This document shows positions 15,501 to 26,500 of a stretch of 64,000 bases of DNA, piece after piece. Source of the stretch: Proteromonas lacertae (Eukaryota). Under the pieces are notes generated by a model. It did no database searches. It saw only the letters and a program-made list of their open reading frames with translations, and was not told the origin of the DNA. The stretch spans positions 1-64,000 of the forward strand of contig NGBS01000587.1 in the NCBI GenBank assembly GCA_002245135.1. The letters run 5' to 3'. The position numbers and the translations under genes were made by a program. Every line of letters starts with the position of its first letter. Within the stretch, counting starts at the first letter, position 1.

Positions 15501-15783
15501 TAGTGAACCAGATAGTGTTTTGATATTCAGAGGTATTGGCGTTCAGATCATGGTTGTTATACTTTGTATAACTCAATTTGGAATAAAGATGGTGAATTTA
15601 TTCTTAAATGATGATGCTGGTCAAGAATCACAAAGTGGAAGTGCTTGTCAACAAGGAAATAATGCTTCAACATTCTCTACAAGCAAAATGTCACAGTCAA
15701 ATAGTGTATTTCAATCTACTACAATGCATACTCGAACTTATACCACTAGAATGACCACTTTTACAACTCATGAACAAAAGTAA
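4114..15783 (+). CDS. Giant class C GPCR-like receptor 1: signal peptide + 9 tandem UrtA/AmiC-type periplasmic-binding (Venus flytrap) domains + 7TM, ~3802 aa
   Basis: Seven GT-AG introns (4520-4552, 5022-5052, 5628-5664, 5983-6018, 6477-6539, 7091-7119, 7952-7983) join the ORFs in frame (11409 nt CDS). Repeated motifs INxxGGxxG, YYPVDYEGLECKRNIYYTG and WYPGIYDGQEC..YTGLIPNQ. The 7TM has class C hallmarks C..R..L, LLSKSTKIY, VLWDLIDP, REC and SRN...FNDS. Confidence 0.85.
6485..6533 (+). repeat. (AAT)n microsatellite inside intron 5 of receptor 1
   Basis: Visible AAT tandem run that expands this intron to 63 nt. Confidence 0.95.
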
Positions 15784-15870
15784 TTATTCTTTCTCTATAT
15801 TAATTTATATATTATATTATTTGTGTGTTTTTGTGATTAATAAACATAAAAACTAATAATAAGCAATAAA

Positions 15871-16607
15871 TTATTCAATTTCCATCTCATTATCAATTTT
15901 CTGTTCAAATGGCTTTTCATCACTTCCTAAATCATATTTTAAATCATGTATAGTTCTCATTAATAGTAAAAACTGATTTCTCCTTCTATTCAATGTTTCA
16001 CTTAATACTTTCTTTTTATCTTCTAATTGCTTTATCTCTTCATCTAATTCTTCAACACTCCTATACATTAAAATACAATATATATATTACTGTTTTGTTT
16101 CTAAACGACTGGGATATTCTTCAATTTGTTTTGCCAATGTTTCATATTCCATTCTATGATCTCTTATTTGGTTTGTAACATTTAATTTCTCCTTTAGTTC
16201 ATGAATATTATTTTTAATTTGATTAATTTGAATATCTACATAATTAATTATTGATATACTGATTGTTTCTTCCAGCTTTTTGTAATTATCAATTTCTCTT
16301 CTACATGTGTCCATTATTATTGATGATTTATTTAATGTAAGTTGATAATTATTCAAAGACATTATAAATTCTCTTGATTTTTGAATTCTGTAATAAAAAT
16401 ACATTTATAACAATAAATATATACATTTCTTGTTCATTGCTATCTTCATTACCAGCACAGTTTAAAAAGTCAAAACCACTACTTGTTACGTTTGATAGAC
16501 AATATTCTCTGCTATTAACAGGCATACGCTCTACCTGTATTCTATCCATTACAATTTTTTCTAAATTATTTAATATGTAATTGTATTATACCATTATTTT
16601 GACTCAT
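15871..16607 (-). CDS. THOC7: THO complex subunit 7-like (multi-exon)
   Basis: Spliced coiled-coil protein with EYETLAKQIEEYPSRLET and RRRNQFLLLMRTIHDLK, typical of THOC7; short GT-AG introns link the ORFs. Confidence 0.75.
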
Positions 16608-16641
16608 TTTCAAAATACAATGAAAATATATCCGTTTCAGG

Positions 16642-17547
16642 ATGAACTTATCTCTTGTTTTTTATCCGAGCGAAAACATATTTTATACAAATAATACTCA
16701 GATACGAGACTATGACGATAATGAAATTATAACTCAGATTAAATACAATAATATACTTCTGGATGAAACTGATATAGTATTATTGATATATTATATAACA
16801 CAATATGATAGAAACGAATAAAATCTGGTTGGTTGAATGATAATGTAATTGATTTTTTCACAAAATATTTTCTTGATGAAATAGAAGAAGAACAAAGAAA
16901 GAGAATGTATATATTTGGTGCAACTTTCTATGAAATGCTACGTACTACTAAATATAAACCTACAAAAACATTTTTCGATGTTTCAAGAATAAATACAATA
17001 ATCTTTCCTATTTGTACATCAGCACACTTCAGTTTAGCTATATTTCACAATTTACTAACGATATATAACGATGTTAGAGATGAATGTTGTAATGAAGATG
17101 ATTGTAAAATACTTCCTGCGATAATCTGTTTAGATCCTTTAAGGCTTCATTCTCCTCATCAAATAGCTAAAATATTGAGACATTTTTATACAAATATACT
17201 AAACAAGTATATTGGAGAAGAACATGAAATATTAGAAATATTCCCAAGATTAATCTTACCAAAAGTATATATATATTTCTAAATTATACAATTATAACAC
17301 TATAGATGACGTTACAGGAAAATGCATCAGACTGTGGAACTTATATACTTTCATATTTCAGATATTTTATTCATCACATACCTCAAATTGGTAAAAAGGA
17401 GTATAATTCACAATTATTTGTTTGTATCACAATAGAATTGATAATAATTTAGTCGATTGGTCAAGTGATTATGATCAATGTGAAAATCCTTTAAGAATGA
17501 GAGAAGAAATGATGCAAATTATACATAATATAAATAAAACCGAATGA
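16642..17547 (+). CDS. Ulp1/SENP-family (C48) SUMO/NEDD8 protease (multi-exon)
   Basis: WLNDNVIDFF, catalytic His in AHFSLAI, Asp in CLDPL, and QENASDCG after the intron at ~17265-17305. Confidence 0.85.
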
Positions 17548-17647
17548 ATGACAAATAAAGATAGTATGGATGTATAAGTAAATTATTTAATTTAATTCGT
17601 TTAATTTGCTTTGTTTATGAATATACTAACATATATTTAATTAATTA

Positions 17648-18448
17648 TTAAACATTCTTTTCTTTTCTCCAATAAACTCCTCTTATAAATTCTCCAGCTT
17701 CGTAATGAACAAGATTTATAGTTTCTGTTATATTATTCTCATTTCTATACTTAGTAGTTGCATCTCTACATCCTGGCCATTCAATATAATCATCAATTAT
17801 AATATAACCACCAATTGACAGTTTTGGATATAAATAAAGTAATGAAATATATGTACTGTTATATGTATCTCCATCTAGTCTTAATATTGACAATTTGTTT
17901 AATTTTAGTTTTGGAAATGTATTGTGAAAATAACCTTTCACTAAAATACTTCCTTCATTTAAACCAAGTTTATTGAAATTCTTTATTACTTTCTCTACTG
18001 GATTATTATTCAATATTTCATATTTATATGCATTTCTATCCATTAAATATATAGAATCATCCATTCTAGGAATTCCTTCAAAAGAATCACAACAATACAC
18101 TTTTCGACTCTTCTCTTCATAAGCATCAAGAATCGCTCTGGCATACATCATTGCTCCTCCTCTCCAACAGCCTGCTTCTAATACATCTCCTTCTATGTTG
18201 TTATTTATTGTTTCAACTAATAAATCTTTTATATTATCCATTCGACGTTTACCTATCATTGTCAAGGCATGCTTTGGATGAATACTACCTTCAATCAATT
18301 TTTCTGCATTATCTTCATACATTAGGTTGAGAAGAAGCATCTCCAACAAATCCAAGTATTTAGTTTTATAAACATCATTATCAATAATGTTTTTGTTAGA
18401 TTTACTACATATTGACAAACTCAATAAACACAAAATAATGAATAACAT
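17648..18448 (-). CDS. TylF/NovP/MycF-family (macrocin-type) sugar O-methyltransferase with signal peptide, copy 1
   Basis: ALTMIGKRRMDNI, GDVLEAGCWRGG, DSFEG, VKGYF, LRLDGDTYNST, GGYIIIDDY..WPGC; hydrophobic N-terminus; intronless. Confidence 0.9.
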   Translation of the reverse strand: MLFIILCLLSLSICSKSNKNIIDNDVYKTKYLDLLEMLLLNLMYEDNAEKLIEGSIHPKHALTMIGKRRMDNIKDLLVETINNNIEGDVLEAGCWRGGAMMYARAILDAYEEKSRKVYCCDSFEGIPRMDDSIYLMDRNAYKYEILNNNPVEKVIKNFNKLGLNEGSILVKGYFHNTFPKLKLNKLSILRLDGDTYNSTYISLLYLYPKLSIGGYIIIDDYIEWPGCRDATTKYRNENNITETINLVHYEAGEFIRGVYWRKEKNV

Positions 18449-18603
18449 ATTTTAATAAAAATATATTCGTTTCAATTTTTCATTTTTCTTAAATACAATG
18501 CAATTCTTATTCTTTTTTCAATAATATAAACAAAATTTTATTAATAATAGTTAATATTATAATAATTAAGAAAAAAGTATGAATATTATATTATTCATCT
18601 AAT

Positions 18604-21600
18604 TTAAGCTGGTAATAACATTTGTCTTGTTGCTAATTGTCGATATAATCCACCTTCAATTTCCATTAATTGTTCATGCTTTCCTGCTTCAACTACTCTT
18701 CCATGATCCATTACAAATATCATATCAGCATTTTGAATTGTACTTAATCTATGAGCAACTATTATACTTGTTCTATCACTACTTTCTAATAATTTATCAA
18801 TTGCTTCTTGAACAACAGCTTCACTTTCGGTATCTAAAGCACTAGTTGCTTCATCTAATAATAATATCTTTGGATTTCTTAATATAGCTCTGGCAATGGC
18901 AATTCTTTGCTTTTGTCCTCCACTTAATGATCCACCTTTATTACCAACATCAGTATTGTAATTATCTGGAAATTCCATTATGAAATTATGAGCATTTGCT
19001 GCTTTTGCTGCTGCTACTACATCCTCATGAGTTATTTTATCATTTCCATAATCTCCCATCTTTATATTATCTTCAATTGTTCCACTGAATAAAACTGGTT
19101 CTTGACCAACTAAACCAAATTGTTTTCTCAAATACTTTATATTGATTGATCGAAGATCATGACCATCCAATAACACTTCACCAGCATCAGCATTATAGAA
19201 TCTTTGTAATAAACCAATTATTGTTGATTTACCACAACCACTTGAACCAACTAAAGCTACTTTCTGACCTCTTTGAATCTTCAAATTCAATTTTCTTAAG
19301 ATTGGAACATCTAATCGAGTTGGATATCTGAATTTCACATCTCTGAATTCTACTTCACCTAAGATTTCGGGTGTTTCACCATCAGGACGAGTATAATCAA
19401 TTGGTGGAACTCTATCTAATAATCCAAATACACTCTCAGCTGCTTGATTAATCTTTACATTATCAGTTGCTCTTCCAGCTGTTTGACCTACACTTTGAGC
19501 TGCTACCATTACAGACATTAACACTTTCATTAAATCAGAACTATCACATTTACCTTCGATTGCCCATATTCCACCTACTCTCATTGCTAAAGCTGAAGCT
19601 CCCATTGATATTATTGTATTATAGAATTGTAATAAAGCAGTACACCAAGCATCTTTCTTACCCATTTCATATGGTTTCATTTGTTTCTTTCCAAACATCA
19701 CTGAGAATTTCTCTTGTAATCCAAAAGCATGAAGTGTTCTAATTCCATTTACTGCTTCTGAAGCTAAAGCTCCTGCTTCTTCCATTGGTTTTCTCATTTC
19801 TTTGATTATTTTTTGCATTGCTTTTCCTTGTAAATATGAACCAAGAACTAAGAATGGGAATGCAGCTAAAATAACAAATGTTAATAACCAATAAGATATA
19901 AATGCAATTATTAAACCAACAAGACATGTAAATACAGTTTGAACAATAGTTGCTAAGTTTTCACCTAAAGCAGCTTTTATATTTTGAGCATCTTGAGATA
20001 ATTTGGATGTCATTGCTCCAGTACTGTTATTTTCATCATCATAAAAACCAACATCTTGTTTCAACATTGCTGTAAAACACATTTGTCTAATTCTACAAGT
20101 TAATCTTTCACCCATTGCACCAAATGTTAAAGAACGAATAAATGTAAGAATGAATAAAACAACTGCAAATGCTACTAAAATACCAGCCCACATAGCTGTT
20201 CCATTTCTCATATCAATTGTTCTTCTTTCATAATAAACATTTAACATTTCTGAAAACAATATACCAAATACTGGCATTACAGCACCAGAAACTGCACCAC
20301 AGATTGTACCAACAACTGTAAGACATGTTTCTGGTTTAGCTAAAGCCCATAATCTTGATTTTGGTACTACTGGTTTTTCTACTTTAGCACCAGTTGCTGG
20401 ATCTACTATATTGGATGTTAATCTACTATCTCTCATTGAAGATAATTTAGCTACATAAACTGCATCTTCTTCATCTTCATCCACATCTTCATCACCTTCT
20501 TTCTTTTTGTTTAACATTTGACGATTTCTTAATTCAGCATATATTCCATTCTTGGCTATTAATTCTGAATGAGTTCCATGTTCAGCTATCTTACCTTCAT
20601 TAAACACTACAATTTCATCAGCAGTTTCAATTGTTGATAATCTATGAGCAATTATCAGAGTTGTTCTAGCTCTTTGTTTTACTAATTCATCTAAAGCAGC
20701 TTGAACTATCTTTTCACTTTCACTATCTAAAGCACTTGTTGCTTCATCTAATAATAAGATTCCGGGATTTCTAACTAAAGCTCTAGCAATTGCTATTCTT
20801 TGTTTTTGACCACCACTCAATGAATGACCACCTTCACCTACAAATGTATCATATCCTTCAGGAAATTCCATTATGAAATTATGAGCATTTGAATCTTTGG
20901 CAGCTTTTATTATATCTTCATCAGTAGCATCTAATCTTCCATTTCGAATATTGTCTTTTACTGTTCCATTGAATAACACTGGTTCTTGACCTACAAAACC
21001 CATTTGATGTCTTAAACTAGCTAAATTCAAATCACGGATATTCATTCCATCAACAAATACTTCACCTTCTTCTGGATCATAGAATCTTTGTAACATTTGA
21101 ATTGTTGTTGATTTACCACATCCACTTGCACCAACTAAACCAACTGTTTTACCAGCTTCTATTGTTAAATTCATTCCATTTAAAATCACTTGATCTGGTC
21201 TACTTGGATATCTGAATTTGATATTTTTAAATTCGATTTTACCTTCTAAATGTTCTATTTTCTTACCTTTATCATCCATTCCATCAATTGGAGGAATTCT
21301 ATCAATTGTTGCATATACTTCAGCACCAGAACCACAAGCTTGTCCAATTGATACAACAGATGGTCCTAACATAGTTAAACCCATTGTTCCCATTAATACA
21401 GACATAAACACAGTTATTACATTTGCACCAGTAAAACAACCATGTTCACCCATCATACATTCACTAGCATATTGACAAGGCTTAAATCCATTTTCACCAC
21501 ATGTTTTTCCAGCAAAATTGAATTTATTACCTTCAACATCTTGAGCATCACAGAAATCCATCATTGATTTATGTTCTATCTTCTCAAACCATTGCATTTC

Positions 21601-22917
21601 TGGTTCATTTTTACATTGTTCCATTATATAATCTCTAACATCATCTTGATCATCACCAACTAATTTGCCACCATACCATAAACCTAATGCAAATGTTAAA
21701 TACATTACCATCATAAATATTCCAATAACAGCACCAACAACCTTTGACATTTTTATACCAACATCTCTGGCTCTTTCAACTGCATTTTTAAATCTTTGAA
21801 TGAAATAATCTTCAATACCAAATGAAGCAACTGTTCTGATTGAACCAATCGCTTCTTCAGCAATACCACCAGATTCAGCAAAGATATCTTGAGCTTGTAA
21901 TATGAATTTTCTTAACATAATACCAAAACCACTTCCAACAATACATAATGGAATTCCTAAAGCTAAAATGACTAAAGTCATTGACCAATCTTTTGTAAAA
22001 CCAATTGCATAACCAGCAATAAACTGAGCTATGGATTGTAGTGTCATTCCTATATCTTTACCCATTCCAGAATTCATTATGATTGTATCATCAACAATAC
22101 GAGTGGATAATGTCTTTGGATCATGATGATCAAACCAAGTAACATCTTGACGAATTATACCTCTGAAATACAAATATCTTATTCTAGCAATTTGTCTTTC
22201 AGCTGATAATTTCCATGCCCACATAAAGAAGAAACTTGCAACACCCATTCCACAAGCAATTGCAAACATATATAGACTATTAGTTATAATACTATCTTTA
22301 GCATCTTCCATTATTTTTGCAACTGCATCTGCATCTGGTACTGCATCTGAGTTTGTTTCACCTTGATAACTGGATTGTCCCATCAAATCACCAAATATTA
22401 ACATAGAACATGGTGTTCCAACACCAGCTCCTAGTGAAAATATCATACCTATTATTTGCAAGAATCTATCTATCTTATCTGAATATTTCAGTAATTGTCT
22501 TAGTGATAAACTCTTTTTCTTTGGTTCTGAATAAGTGTCAGGAGGTGGAGCATCTGCATCTTTTTTGGGTTTTACTTCAATAACAACAGGTGTTTTCTTT
22601 TCTGACTCAACCTTTTCAACAGATTTTACCTCACTTTCATTTTTAGCATCATCTGGATTTGAATTTTCATTACCTGGAGTTGTTTCTTTAATTTCATTGT
22701 CATTTTTAGTTTCTGAGGTTTCTTGTTTGTCTTCAGGTTTGTTTTCAGGAGTTTCTTTCACTTCTTCGGTAGTTGGCTCTGTTTCTTGTTGTTGAGCTGA
22801 ATTAATATTCTCAACTTCATTGGAAGTTGTATTATTCTCAGGTTCTGTGGTGTTTAATGTTTTGTCTTCATTGTTGGATGAAGGTAAGAGATCACCTTCT
22901 TTATTATCTTCAGACAT
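18604..22917 (-). CDS. Full-length ABCB (P-glycoprotein/MDR-type) exporter, copy 1, intact
   Basis: TMD-NBD-TMD-NBD; Walker [10 protein letters not shown] and [23 protein letters not shown] twice; [11 protein letters not shown] twice; intronless, 1437 aa. Confidence 0.97.
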   Translation of the reverse strand: MSEDNKEGDLLPSSNNEDKTLNTTEPENNTTSNEVENINSAQQQETEPTTEEVKETPENKPEDKQETSETKNDNEIKETTPGNENSNPDDAKNESEVKSVEKVESEKKTPVVIEVKPKKDADAPPPDTYSEPKKKSLSLRQLLKYSDKIDRFLQIIGMIFSLGAGVGTPCSMLIFGDLMGQSSYQGETNSDAVPDADAVAKIMEDAKDSIITNSLYMFAIACGMGVASFFFMWAWKLSAERQIARIRYLYFRGIIRQDVTWFDHHDPKTLSTRIVDDTIIMNSGMGKDIGMTLQSIAQFIAGYAIGFTKDWSMTLVILALGIPLCIVGSGFGIMLRKFILQAQDIFAESGGIAEEAIGSIRTVASFGIEDYFIQRFKNAVERARDVGIKMSKVVGAVIGIFMMVMYLTFALGLWYGGKLVGDDQDDVRDYIMEQCKNEPEMQWFEKIEHKSMMDFCDAQDVEGNKFNFAGKTCGENGFKPCQYASECMMGEHGCFTGANVITVFMSVLMGTMGLTMLGPSVVSIGQACGSGAEVYATIDRIPPIDGMDDKGKKIEHLEGKIEFKNIKFRYPSRPDQVILNGMNLTIEAGKTVGLVGASGCGKSTTIQMLQRFYDPEEGEVFVDGMNIRDLNLASLRHQMGFVGQEPVLFNGTVKDNIRNGRLDATDEDIIKAAKDSNAHNFIMEFPEGYDTFVGEGGHSLSGGQKQRIAIARALVRNPGILLLDEATSALDSESEKIVQAALDELVKQRARTTLIIAHRLSTIETADEIVVFNEGKIAEHGTHSELIAKNGIYAELRNRQMLNKKKEGDEDVDEDEEDAVYVAKLSSMRDSRLTSNIVDPATGAKVEKPVVPKSRLWALAKPETCLTVVGTICGAVSGAVMPVFGILFSEMLNVYYERRTIDMRNGTAMWAGILVAFAVVLFILTFIRSLTFGAMGERLTCRIRQMCFTAMLKQDVGFYDDENNSTGAMTSKLSQDAQNIKAALGENLATIVQTVFTCLVGLIIAFISYWLLTFVILAAFPFLVLGSYLQGKAMQKIIKEMRKPMEEAGALASEAVNGIRTLHAFGLQEKFSVMFGKKQMKPYEMGKKDAWCTALLQFYNTIISMGASALAMRVGGIWAIEGKCDSSDLMKVLMSVMVAAQSVGQTAGRATDNVKINQAAESVFGLLDRVPPIDYTRPDGETPEILGEVEFRDVKFRYPTRLDVPILRKLNLKIQRGQKVALVGSSGCGKSTIIGLLQRFYNADAGEVLLDGHDLRSINIKYLRKQFGLVGQEPVLFSGTIEDNIKMGDYGNDKITHEDVVAAAKAANAHNFIMEFPDNYNTDVGNKGGSLSGGQKQRIAIARAILRNPKILLLDEATSALDTESEAVVQEAIDKLLESSDRTSIIVAHRLSTIQNADMIFVMDHGRVVEAGKHEQLMEIEGGLYRQLATRQMLLPA

Positions 22918-23570
22918 TTAGAAAATTGAATGAATGAAGTGTGTTTAATTCAGTGTTTATTCTTATCGAATAAAATATCGTGGGTTACGAAAAATTAACA
23001 ACCAATTCAATTTTTTTCGCAAAATTGGACAGCCCACCATTTTAAAAATACTGGCTATTTTTTTATTGTTTTGGAAATGAATGTATGATCAGAAATAATG
23101 TGAAGTAAAAATTTCATATAGAATTCCATATTAGTTATATTAGTGGAGTATAAAATGTTGTAGTTATCATTTACACAAGATGGGGAATTGGATGTATTTT
23201 ATTAATTAAACTAGAAAACATGGTAAGTTACGGTCTATGAAATTCAAATGAGATTTTAAAAACGCACAATGAATGAAATTTATCATGAAAAAATCAAAAA
23301 TGCAATAAAAGCTTGAATTTTCAAACATTTATTTATTTATTTTTTTTTCTTGTGTTAGTTATAATGTAGAATGATAATAAGCATTGTATTTCTAATTTTT
23401 GATTCACAATACGTAATTCTGCTATTACTATTTTATAAATACTCATCATTATTTCTTAACAGCTTATAAAAACCATAAATTTCCTTTCATAATGAAATTA
23501 AAAGCATTTAATTGCATTTCACAAGAAATTAATGTTTAATAGGCAAAAGAACTCTTTTAAACTTCAAGAA

Positions 23571-26500
23571 ATGACTTTGTTCGTTACACCTTCAAATACA
23601 TTATTTTTTATTTTAATTATTCTACTGCTTATTAGTAAGACATTATGTACTGATATAAAAGTATGGATATTTATATCAAAGAGGGGACATCTCAGATCCA
23701 TCAGTAGATGTATTTAGTAAGGCAATATTTGATGGTTTTACACAACAAATAACAAGTAAGGACTATCCAGAGAATTTTCTATTCACAAATTTCTCTTGTA
23801 ATACAAGAGGTGATGATTTAACAGTAGTTTTGAACAATTTCAAATCAGAAGGAATAAAACATATTTTTTCGCCCATCATATTTAATAATTTTACGCTTGT
23901 AAACCAAAGATTTAAAGAATATGGAATGATTCTATGGTCTTCAACAGCACAACTACTTGAATCATGCCATAGCAATATTATATATTATGGATCAGAAAGA
24001 AAGCTGTTTGAACAATGTATATACATTATTCTCCAATTTATATTATAGATATTGTATATTCATCAGCAAATAAAAAGAATTTTGTTGTTTTGTACCAAGA
24101 AGACCATCCATATGCGAATATTATTGAATATGTGGAAGAATTATTAAAAATGGTAGGTTCTACATTACTACCTTTAGAATCATGGAAAAAAGGGGAAACA
24201 ATATCATCAACAAAGAATCAAGAGATATTGACAAATATAACTTACTATTCTACTGATTGTGATAATTTAGAAATTTTAATTTTGTTAGAACATGACATTT
24301 ATGATGATATTGTAACTAATGGTGGTGGATTTACATGTGTTCCAACGATAATATCAATTGATGGTTATGATTTTAACTATTATAATGATATAACTGTAAA
24401 TCCACCATCAGCACCTATACCAGTTTACTTTTTGTTTAATTTTTATGAAGATATTGATTATTTATTGACAGTCAGTAATCCTGAGACAGATCCGCTAGTT
24501 TTTAAATTGTATAATTGATACTTAATATATTTTATAGATCATTTTTATTTGACATATTTCACAAAGGATATACAAATATTGGAGGTGATTCAATATTCAA
24601 TTTATTATATTCATTATATGATAATAAAATTGAATCTTATGGAAAAGATACATTACTTTTACATACAAACGTAGTTCCATCTATATCTTTATATGCACAT
24701 GAAGGCCAAATATTTTATCCTCCATTTGTTAAAATGGTTAAAACAGAAATACCATATGATGAATATATGTTATATTTAGAGATGTATGGAAAACCAGATA
24801 TTCTACAATGTACATTCAATAGTAAATATGTAAAAGTAAAAGAAAGTTATGGAGTTGTTTTGCTTCATTATTTAAGTGGTGATTTTTTAAATAAAGGCTT
24901 TTATTTGAGACAACAGTTTATTGTAGATACAGAGATTCAAAGTTTAAGAGATAGTGACAAATCAGTATATAAATATATGTTTATTGTTATTCCATAGTCT
25001 AATTTGAATGTTCATTTATATCCAATAATAGTAGATGCTGGTAGAGATAAGGATGAAATAGTGGAATATTTAAAGAAGTATTATGATAAAGGATTATTCA
25101 ATTATATTTTCACAACATTAAGAATTGAAGATAGAGATGAAATATTGAAAATGATGCTTGATAAAGGAATGAAAGATATACAAATGCTTGCTGTAATGTA
25201 CAATACAGGATTAGAATGTAATGAACATATTGTTTATACTGGTATTTCAATGAAATCAAAATTAGATTTAGCTTATTTTACTTTTCTTCGTAATTCCGTC
25301 AATCCTGTAGTTATTATTGGTAGCAATCTTAAATATGGCAAATCAACATCAGATTTTGTTAGACAGAAACTATTAGATAGTGGAATAACAAATATAGTTA
25401 CATATATAATGAAAGAACCGTCACCAGCTGAAGGAAATACTGCAGTTTCATTTATGAGATCTACTATTTATCCCAGTATAAATATAAATATTTTTTAATG
25501 TCATAGTTAATCCTGAAGATGAAGTAGAACCAACTTTGCCTCCTCAATGTTGGATGGAGCCATGGCTTCCTGAATGCTTGGTAGATACAGACTGTGATCC
25601 TTCTGGATATACAATTTTATGTTTAGAAGAAGAATATCAAGAAGTATTTTTGCATGCATACAAGAATCAAGATTTAAGATTATGCAAATATCCTATCATA
25701 TTGAGCGAATATGATGATTCATTATTAGAAATGGATAGTATCTATTCTGACAACGTATTTGCTATACTTTATTGTGTATAGTATCCAGATGTTGTGTTTG
25801 GTTTTGTTCTATATACAGTTGTCATGCCACCAGATCATATTCAAAGTTCAATCACACATTTTCTTAGAAAAGGAATAATAGGGTTGTATAGTTATATTTC
25901 ATATTATGTAATCCAATTACTCAAGGAGGTATACTGTTAATTATTTCATATGTAATAGTGTATAATATCAGCAATGTCAATTCAATTCAAGTTTGTTCAA
26001 GAATATCTTATAGGAACATCAATTAAAACAGAAATTGGACCATATAGAATTATTAACTCTGGATATGCATCTTTCCGTATTTCTATTTCAAATGTATTAA
26101 TAATTCTAATTCAATTTACTTATATAATATATAGATTGATTGCTCTTTCCAAATGAATACTTATGTTAAAAAAGCTGCAGGTGCTTACCAAACACCTGTT
26201 TTTTTGATAGAAGAGAATAAATATTGTGATTATAAGAATTATAGTATACATTTACATTATAATGATTATAGTCTATAATAATGATATTAAATCATCAAAA
26301 GAACAATATAAATTGATTGTATTACTTCCTACAGAAAGTGAATATAAAACTAGATTTGCTGAATTAACTGAAGTGATTGAATTAGTCTGTACAACAGTAA
26401 ATACCTACAATCAAATATTAGATGGAGAATTAGAAGCAATATATCCAAGATATTCAAAATCAATATCCGAAATAAAAGAAAGGATAATCAACTATGGAAA

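Larger units (their letters stand above)
17642..23066 (-). repeat. Left arm of ~5.4 kb inverted duplication (ABCB + TylF cassette)
   Basis: Reverse complement of ~49934-55363; the encoded proteins differ at only a few residues. Confidence 0.97.

Noticed and set aside
18627..22795. Small antisense ORFs within ABCB (mirrored at 50208-54378) and other genes
   Set aside because: Shadow frames; their recurrence only reflects the duplication.
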